Shown here one piece after another: positions 57,620 to 64,000 of a stretch of DNA of 64,000 nt. The notes under the pieces were generated by a model. The model was not told where the DNA came from. It did not search any database and saw only the letters and a program-made list of their open reading frames with translations. The DNA is from Gammaproteobacteria bacterium. Lineage in GTDB: Bacteria; Pseudomonadota; Gammaproteobacteria; Steroidobacterales; Foliamicaceae. Both the position numbers and the translations under genes were made by a program. Positions within the stretch are counted from its first letter, which is position 1. Every line of letters begins with the position of its first letter. Location: positions 875 to 64,874 of the forward strand of contig VXSK01000020.1 in assembly GCA_009838035.1 (NCBI GenBank), given 5' to 3'.

Positions 57620-58693
57620 ATGCTGAAGAATCTTCAGGACATTTTGAACGGCGGAGTGGAGCAGGCGCTGTTGCGCCTGTGGTCCTCTCAACTGTCGGAA
57701 GCCGAGGCTGCGGCGATCCGCAGCCGGGCCAAGGACGATCCCAAATACCGCGAAGAATTGCTCGCTGCGCTGGATGCGCACGCAGGTATGGAAGACCTGG
57801 CCGACGATCCCGCGATCCGGGCTATCGCGGACGAGAGCGCGGAGCTGAGCAGGCTGCAGCGCTCGCAACGACGAGCGCGTTTCGCTGTAGCCGCCGGCAT
57901 TGTGCTAGCGGTCGGCGCAACCCTTATTTACCTTGCGCCCTGGAGCGGTCCGGACGATAGCCATCTCCAGCGTCACTTCACCCGGACCGGCGAGCAGAAG
58001 ACCATCGAGCTGGACGACGGCTCCGCCGTGACGCTGAACACCGCCACGCAACTCGTGGTGGACTACGGCGCCAACGGGCGAAGGATTCTGCTGGAGCGCG
58101 GAGAAGCCTTTTTCGACGTCGCCGAAGATCCGCAACGTCCATTCACCGTGGAACTGGGCGTTCGTTCGGTCACCGCCATCGGGACCGTGTTCAACGTGCG
58201 CAGGGACCCGCAGCGCTACGAAGTGGCGGTTCTGGAAGGCGCGGTGGCTATTCATGCCTTGACTGAAGATGCTTCGGCTGGGGCGCTGCCGGTTTCAACC
58301 GACGGCGAGGCCGCGGCGGTTGACGCGCCCGGGCAGCGCCGGGTGGACGCAGGTTGGCTGGCGGAATTCCACGTAAGCCGCAACGAGCTGACCGCGTTCC
58401 AGCCCAAGTCGATGGACCGCTACCTGGGCTGGCGCAATGGAATGCTGCGTTTCGACCGCGAGCCCCTGTACCGGGTCGTGCAGGAACTGAACCGCTACAC
58501 CCGCAAGAAGATCCTGATCGAGGACGCGGCGGTCATGGAATTGAGCGTGTATGCGTCGGTGAGCGTGAATGAGCTGGATTCTGCACTCGACGCCCTGGAG
58601 CAATTGCTGGCCATCGAAATCACGGAACACTACGACCGGATCGTGATCACCGGTTCGGAAGGGAGGCCCCCCGCGCGCGGCGCCGGGGGCTGA
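57620..58693 (+). CDS. FecR-family transmembrane anti-sigma factor, cassette 2
   Basis: ATG at 57620 with GGAGA 6 nt upstream. Same architecture as, and alignable by eye with, the 51587-52636 product (DPKYREELL; VRSVTAIGTVFNVRRDPQ; YDRIVITGSEGR). Confidence 0.85.
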   Translation: MLKNLQDILNGGVEQALLRLWSSQLSEAEAAAIRSRAKDDPKYREELLAALDAHAGMEDLADDPAIRAIADESAELSRLQRSQRRARFAVAAGIVLAVGATLIYLAPWSGPDDSHLQRHFTRTGEQKTIELDDGSAVTLNTATQLVVDYGANGRRILLERGEAFFDVAEDPQRPFTVELGVRSVTAIGTVFNVRRDPQRYEVAVLEGAVAIHALTEDASAGALPVSTDGEAAAVDAPGQRRVDAGWLAEFHVSRNELTAFQPKSMDRYLGWRNGMLRFDREPLYRVVQELNRYTRKKILIEDAAVMELSVYASVSVNELDSALDALEQLLAIEITEHYDRIVITGSEGRPPARGAGG

Positions 58694-58723
58694 TCGTTGC
58701 ACTCATCCCTGGAGGTAGGGACC

Positions 58724-61700
58724 ATGAAGAGCATTACGAAATCACTTGGGACACTTGCCTATCCGGCGCTGGCGGCGCTGGTGCTGTCGCTGGGCGCGGC
58801 CGGCGCTTCGGCGGACGACGCCGAAGTCCTGACTCTGGACATCAAGTCTCAGCAGGCCGGTTCGGCGCTGATGGAGCTGGCCGGTTCCTCCGGCGTTCAG
58901 ATCCTGGTCTCGGACGAGGCCGGCGCGGACGTCGAGGTGGAGGGCCTGACGGGCGAATACAAGTTCGACGACGCCTTGGCCGCGCTGCTGACGGACACCA
59001 GCCTGGCGTACGAGTACACGTCGGATAACGTGGTGCTCGTGCAGCAGGCGCAGGCGCAGCCGCAGGAGTCCGGCCAGCTTGAGGAAGTGGAAGCGCCCGA
59101 CGAGACCGCGTCCGTGGAGGAAAGGGAGGACCCACTCGAGCTCAGTCAGCAGACGGTGACCGGTTCGCGGTTGCTCGGCGGCGATCCCAGCGCAAGGGTA
59201 TTCAGCTTTACCGCTGAAGACATCGCCCGCCGAGGCGTATCCAACCTTGAGGATTTTTTCCGCAGGATGGCATGGCATCAGGCTTCTCTCAACTCGCAAA
59301 CCAGCAACGCCAACTCTATCCACACCAACGACGCACGTTACAGCCGCGATAGCGTGCTGCCGGGTAATGGCCTGGGCGTGTCGGCCCTGAACCTGCGCGG
59401 ATTGGGCTGGGAGAACACGCTGGTGCTGATGAATGGACGGCGTCTTGCCGGCACCGGAGGCATTGAGGACGACTTCGTGAACCTGCTCGATGTGCCGCTG
59501 GCGGCGATCGAACGGGTGGACGTGCAACTGGACGGCTCGTCGGCGGTGTACGGCTCGGATGCCCTTGGCGGCGTTGTGAATTTCATCACCAAGAAGGATT
59601 ACCAGGGTTTATCCGCCACTTATCGGCGTTCCTACAGCTCCACGGACGCCGACAGCGACAACGCCAACATCACCGCCGGTTACGGATGGGGCAGCGGAAA
59701 CATCACCGCCATTGCTACCCACTCCACCAGCGAACCGATCAACAACGCCAAGACCGGCTGGACGACGCTGGACTTTCGACCGCTGTTCGGGCCCGAGTTC
59801 GACTTCAGGGACTTCCTATCCGGACAGCCGGGCGTGGTTTGCGTGCTCGGCCCGCCCAGGCAATGGAATCCCGCCTATCCGCCCAGCTACCGATGCCCGG
59901 GATCCTATGACCCGGTCCAGCGCGCGTTTCTGACCACCTACCACCAACTGCCCGCCAGTCATAGCGGCGCCGGGGCCACGGCGGACGATTTCGTTACCTG
60001 GCGGGGCAACTACGCCACGCCATCTCCTGTGCCACTGGACGAACTCCCGCCGCAAAACGGTCAGGAGCGCGAGAACATGGGGTTGGTCCTGAGCATGGAG
60101 CAGTACTTGACGGACGACTTGCGGCTGTTCGCCGATGTGAAATGGAACACAAGCGAGAACTATCAGGAATTCAGCCGTCGAATGTCCGGCAATGCACTCC
60201 TGGTTCCGGCCAGCAACGCCTACAATCCCTTCGGCGCACCGGTGCAGGTACGCTATGCGCCCGTGCATGAATTCGAAACCGGCCTGTTGCCCGTTCAATA
60301 CGACTGGTCGGAAAGCGAGAATCGCACCATTGCTGTCGGCGGCTTCTGGAACATCGCCGATAGCCATGTGCTGGAAGTGGAAGCCAATCGCACCAAGTCG
60401 TGGCGCAACACGCGCGGCTACCGCGCCACAGGCACCCGCGGCGCCCTGGATTCGACCGCGGAGGCGTTTTACGCGGCGCTCTCCAGTCCGGACCCGGCGC
60501 GGGCGCTGAATCCGTTCGGCAACGGCACGGCTCAGGGTTCGGCGTTCGCGGAATTTCTGACCGATGGCGGTCTGGGGGCCGATCTCCCCTACGAGGGCGT
60601 TACCGAAACCCGCCAGTACAGGCTTTCGGTGAGCGGCAACACCTTTGACCTGTGGGGCGCCGGGCCCATCGTCTATGTCATAGGCGCGGAGTACCAGCAG
60701 AGCATCATCTATTATTCGCAGGACAACACCAACACGGACCTGGAAGGCATAGACGAGACCTTGAACTGGCTCCTCGGTTCCACGTTCTGGGTGGGCCAGG
60801 AGCGTCCCACCCGCGATACGGGCGCCTTATTCACCGAACTGTCCATTCCACTGATAGGACCGGACATGAACATACCTCTGGCGGACAGCCTGAATCTGAC
60901 CTTGCAGATGCGCTACGACCGCTACGAAACGCAAGGCGTATCGGATGGGCTGGAAACGCCCCAGATCATGATTCGATACTACTACTGGGATCCGTTCGCC
61001 GCAGAAATCAGGCATACCGTGCGGAGTTGGCCCAACCGCATCCTGAATCCATCCCAGGTGCATACCGCCAAGGTTACCGACAGCAGCCCGCGCATCGGTA
61101 TTTACTACAAACCCACGCCCACCGTCACCTGGAGGATGTCGTGGCAGCGCTCATTCAATGCGCCCAACTGGCGCGATCAGTTCAGCCCTCGGGAGCCCTT
61201 TCCGCCGTCCGTTTTCGCCAGCAACTCCTTTCGCAGGATTGTGGACCCGTACGACCCGGATGGCCCCACCGAGATTACCCGGGACCTCGGCGTAACCCAG
61301 GTGACGCAGAATTACACCCCGGACATTGACGCCGAACACCTCGACAACTGGTCGGCAAGTCTGGAGTGGGCGCCCGAAATATTGCCGGGCCTGCGCCTGA
61401 GCCTTGATTGGCGCAAGGCCGAATATACTGACCGGATCGCTAGAAGCACCCTCTGGATCTACGACAACCCCGAGTGGCTGCTCGGCCTCGACGAGATCGC
61501 CGTGCGCGACGAACGTGGCAACCTTCAGCAAGTGATCCATCGCAATATAAACATCTCCGCAGACTACAACGAGATGTTCGACGCGAAAGTCGAGTATCAG
61601 GTGGACACGCGCTGGGGGCTGTTCATGCCGCAGATCGGCTACTCGCGCTATCTTGATGATTACCGCAAGATCGTTGAGGATTCCCCCGAAATATCCAATG

Positions 61701-62113
61701 TGGGAGAACTCGGAGGCCCCAACGTTTATCAGTGGAGCGCGTCGCTGGGGTGGGAGTGGAACTCCTGGAGTGCGTTCGTGTATATGAAATACACGCCTAG
61801 CTACGTTGACCCGCAATTCCTGTACTGTAATCCAAACCATCTGGCCATGGAAGGAACGCGCTGCACGGAGGTTTGGGAATATGCCTCGCAGGATATTTCA
61901 TCGCTTACCACCGTGGATATGACAGTGACCTACCAGATGGATAATGGGCTGCGCATTCGCGCCGGCGGCACCAACATCCTGGATCGCGAAGCGCCGCTGG
62001 CCATTTCCCGTTCAAGCAGTCAACTCCCCCAACCCTACGATGCGTCACGCTGGGACGCGAAGGGCCAGGTGTTGTTCCTCGAGTTGAACTGGGAGTTTGG
62101 AGCCGACGACTGA
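58724..62113 (+). CDS. TonB-dependent transducer with N-terminal STN signalling domain, cassette 2 (about 1129 aa)
   Basis: GGAGG lies 8 nt upstream of the ATG. Signal peptide, STN domain (LDIKSQQAGSALMELAGSSGVQIL), acidic linker, plug (QTVTGSRLLGGDP; LDGSSAVYGSDALGGVVNFITKKDY) and a large barrel. Ends ELNWEFGADD. Confidence 0.9.
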   Translation: MKSITKSLGTLAYPALAALVLSLGAAGASADDAEVLTLDIKSQQAGSALMELAGSSGVQILVSDEAGADVEVEGLTGEYKFDDALAALLTDTSLAYEYTSDNVVLVQQAQAQPQESGQLEEVEAPDETASVEEREDPLELSQQTVTGSRLLGGDPSARVFSFTAEDIARRGVSNLEDFFRRMAWHQASLNSQTSNANSIHTNDARYSRDSVLPGNGLGVSALNLRGLGWENTLVLMNGRRLAGTGGIEDDFVNLLDVPLAAIERVDVQLDGSSAVYGSDALGGVVNFITKKDYQGLSATYRRSYSSTDADSDNANITAGYGWGSGNITAIATHSTSEPINNAKTGWTTLDFRPLFGPEFDFRDFLSGQPGVVCVLGPPRQWNPAYPPSYRCPGSYDPVQRAFLTTYHQLPASHSGAGATADDFVTWRGNYATPSPVPLDELPPQNGQERENMGLVLSMEQYLTDDLRLFADVKWNTSENYQEFSRRMSGNALLVPASNAYNPFGAPVQVRYAPVHEFETGLLPVQYDWSESENRTIAVGGFWNIADSHVLEVEANRTKSWRNTRGYRATGTRGALDSTAEAFYAALSSPDPARALNPFGNGTAQGSAFAEFLTDGGLGADLPYEGVTETRQYRLSVSGNTFDLWGAGPIVYVIGAEYQQSIIYYSQDNTNTDLEGIDETLNWLLGSTFWVGQERPTRDTGALFTELSIPLIGPDMNIPLADSLNLTLQMRYDRYETQGVSDGLETPQIMIRYYYWDPFAAEIRHTVRSWPNRILNPSQVHTAKVTDSSPRIGIYYKPTPTVTWRMSWQRSFNAPNWRDQFSPREPFPPSVFASNSFRRIVDPYDPDGPTEITRDLGVTQVTQNYTPDIDAEHLDNWSASLEWAPEILPGLRLSLDWRKAEYTDRIARSTLWIYDNPEWLLGLDEIAVRDERGNLQQVIHRNINISADYNEMFDAKVEYQVDTRWGLFMPQIGYSRYLDDYRKIVEDSPEISNVGELGGPNVYQWSASLGWEWNSWSAFVYMKYTPSYVDPQFLYCNPNHLAMEGTRCTEVWEYASQDISSLTTVDMTVTYQMDNGLRIRAGGTNILDREAPLAISRSSSQLPQPYDASRWDAKGQVLFLELNWEFGADD

Positions 62114-62134
62114 TCGCTCCGTAATGTAGTCCCC

Positions 62135-62174
62135 TCGACGCCGGCCGCGAAGGGAATCGACGGCCGGCGCTCGA
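62135..62174 (+). terminator. GC-rich hairpin after TBDR 2 (CGCCGGCCG-N13-CGGCCGGCG with TCGA/TCGA extension)
   Basis: Read directly. Starts 22 nt after the stop. No U-tract. Confidence 0.35.
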
Positions 62175-62263
62175 ATCGCGAGGAGGGGGTCCGGGAGAGG
62201 GCGCCTTCGTTGCAGGAAGGTGAGCGCCGGCGGCGAGGGTAAGATGGCCTGCCTCCAGAAGGC

Positions 62264-63823
62264 ATGGGTGTCGGAGCAATGCGCGTGAAGTCCTCTCTTG
62301 TTCGAAGTCTGGCGTTGGCGGTTTGCGTCTGCGCCTTGTTGCCGTCGGTCGTGGCGGCGCAGGAAGCGGGACCCGGCGGCAGCGCCGAAGCCAAGGTGAT
62401 CGGCGATCACGTTCTGGTGCCCGTGACCCTGAGCACCGAGGCGTTCCGCAAGGAGACGCACCTGGTGCTGGATTACGCGGCCACCACGCCGCTGCACATC
62501 TACGGTCAGATTTTCGGGGCGGTGCGATTCGGCGAAAACGAGCAGACACTGAAGATCCTGGGGGCGGAGGGACTGCGGCTGGAGGTGCCCAGGGAGGGCG
62601 TGCGGCCGACCGCGCGTGGATCGCCGGAATCGAATCTGCTGCTGTACCTTGGCAACCGCTATTCCAGCGAACTCAAGGAGATCGACGTGGCGGCGATCCT
62701 GGGCGGTCCGGTGCTGCGGCGCTTCGCGCTGGGAATGAACCTGGACGAGGGCCGCGTGTCCTTCGCGCCCGCGGACGAGGCCAACGCCTTGGACGCCCGG
62801 CTCTGGGCGCAGTCGGTCATCACCGGCCTTCAGACCACGGAGGAGGGCCGGGTGCTGGCGCCGGTCAGCCACGGCGACGGACGGCCTTCGCTGATGGCAT
62901 TCAACACGGCGGGCTACCACAGCTACGTCAATGCGGAAACGGCCACGGCGCTGGGCCATCCGTCCGGCGACCTGCCGGACCTTCATTTCGGCGCAGGCGA
63001 TCAGCGCGTCCGCCTGTCGGGGATGGCGGCGCTTTTTCCCGTGGACTTCAATGACGATCCGCGGTTTTCCCCCGACTGGCTGGTGGTTCCGGGACTGAGT
63101 CTGTGGACGGCATATCGTCTGGAGATCAACCCGGCGCAGGGCTACCTGGCGCTGGAGCCGGTGCGCGACAGCAACTACTCCGAGGCGGACTTTGCGTTCT
63201 ACTCGGCGGCGGCGGCCGGCGACCGGGGGAAACTGCAGGCCTATCTGCGCGAGAACCCCGAGGACCGCAACGTGGCCGAGGCGGCCGAGGCGCTGTTCGG
63301 GCTGGGGCTGGAGGAGAACGCTTCGGTCGAGGAGCAGATGGAGGCGGTGGATTACCGCCTGTCCGCGACGCTGGAGCGCATGAAGTCGGACTGGCTGGGC
63401 GGGACCGCGCTGGGTCTTCATTTTTCGGAGGAACGCGACGCGCGCTCGGCGCTGATCGTGGCGCTTGCGGAGAAGGCCCTGGAGTTCATCGCCCGTTCCG
63501 ACAATCCCGGGTTGCGCCAGCAGTTGCAATTGATGCTGGGCGACCGCTACCTGTTCGCCGGCGAAGCCGAGGAGGCGTGGAAGGTCCTTCTCGCGGCCGG
63601 ATTCAACGGCGACCCGCAGCTGGACGGCGTGGTCCGCCACGAACTGGGACGCGCATACGAGGCGCTGGGACGGCACCGGCGCGCGTACTCCAGCTACCAG
63701 CGCGCTCTTTCGCCGCTGGTCCAGACCCCGCCCGACATGCAGGAAAGCGCCCGCGCCGGCATGGATCGCATCCGCCCGCTGCTCGACCCCGACGACCCCC
63801 TGCTTGCGGAGGAAGAGAGCTGA
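62264..63823 (+). CDS. Secreted protein of unknown function: two degenerate retropepsin-like lobes plus a C-terminal TPR-like helical half
   Basis: Signal peptide MRVKSSLVRSLALAVCVCALLPSVVAAQ (second ATG at 62279). Lobe 1 has HLVLDYAATTP...ILGGPVLRRFALGMNLDEGRVSFAP. Lobe 2 has SLMAFNTAGYHSYVN...GLSLWTAYRLEINPAQGYLALEP. The C-terminal approximately 210 aa are helical repeats. Confidence 0.7.
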   Translation: MGVGAMRVKSSLVRSLALAVCVCALLPSVVAAQEAGPGGSAEAKVIGDHVLVPVTLSTEAFRKETHLVLDYAATTPLHIYGQIFGAVRFGENEQTLKILGAEGLRLEVPREGVRPTARGSPESNLLLYLGNRYSSELKEIDVAAILGGPVLRRFALGMNLDEGRVSFAPADEANALDARLWAQSVITGLQTTEEGRVLAPVSHGDGRPSLMAFNTAGYHSYVNAETATALGHPSGDLPDLHFGAGDQRVRLSGMAALFPVDFNDDPRFSPDWLVVPGLSLWTAYRLEINPAQGYLALEPVRDSNYSEADFAFYSAAAAGDRGKLQAYLRENPEDRNVAEAAEALFGLGLEENASVEEQMEAVDYRLSATLERMKSDWLGGTALGLHFSEERDARSALIVALAEKALEFIARSDNPGLRQQLQLMLGDRYLFAGEAEEAWKVLLAAGFNGDPQLDGVVRHELGRAYEALGRHRRAYSSYQRALSPLVQTPPDMQESARAGMDRIRPLLDPDDPLLAEEES

Positions 63824-64000
63824 CGCAGCCTCGCCGTCCAGACGTTTACTCCATCCGACGGCGACGAACTGGACTGACGTATTATTCTTGCTATGTACGG
63901 CAATGTGCCGTACACTGGAATTCCCACCAGGGGCAAGACTATGCTGAACTTTTCTGATGCAGCTGCAGTAATCGACGAGCCGAAATCGGCCCGTATGGAA

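Noticed and set aside
62045-63676. 543-aa minus-strand ORF as an alternative coding strand for the region of the 519-aa secreted protein
   Set aside because: The plus-strand product has a clean signal peptide, two repeated domain-like units and helical repeats. The minus-strand product is an R/Q/G/H-rich shadow and overlaps the end of the transducer gene. Residual uncertainty is small.

Overview
High-GC chromosomal segment (by eye about two-thirds G+C, not computed). The gene order points to a Gammaproteobacterium: atpIBEFHAGDC-glmU-glmS, dprA/def-fmt-rsmB, hemX-hemY, trkA-trkH, argS-SPOR, ubiK-yifB. Coding density is very high. I saw no rRNA, tRNA, CRISPR array, transposase or integrase.

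About 60 CDSs can be supported, and most are housekeeping: the F1Fo ATP synthase operon, glmUS, topA, uvrD, argS, gor, aroE, xthA, tag, tsaC, Trk potassium uptake, and haem/ubiquinone/cytochrome-oxidase accessory genes.

Accessory content:
1. Four TonB-dependent receptors. Two sit in tandemly duplicated ECF-sigma / FecR anti-sigma / STN-transducer cassettes (50.9-62.1 kb). These are separated by a VapC/Phd toxin-antitoxin pair and followed by an uncharacterised secreted 519-aa protein.
2. A second VapBC pair (11.9-12.6 kb).
3. A more AT-rich islet with two tandem TM2-domain genes and an M48 peptidase (19.7-21.2 kb).
4. An amidase wedged between atpC and glmU.
5. A small secreted poly-Asp/EGSCG-repeat peptide (37.0-37.2 kb) that resembles HvfA-type RiPP metallophore precursors but has no maturase genes nearby.
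6. A GPP34/GOLPH3-like gene.
7. TRAP dctQM genes translationally coupled to trkH with no binding-protein gene.

No recognisable phage-defence, secretion or biosynthetic cluster is visible. The most system-like unexplained locus is the duplicated trans-envelope signalling region plus its downstream pseudo-protease/TPR protein. All functional calls rest on motif recognition by eye. No database search was run.
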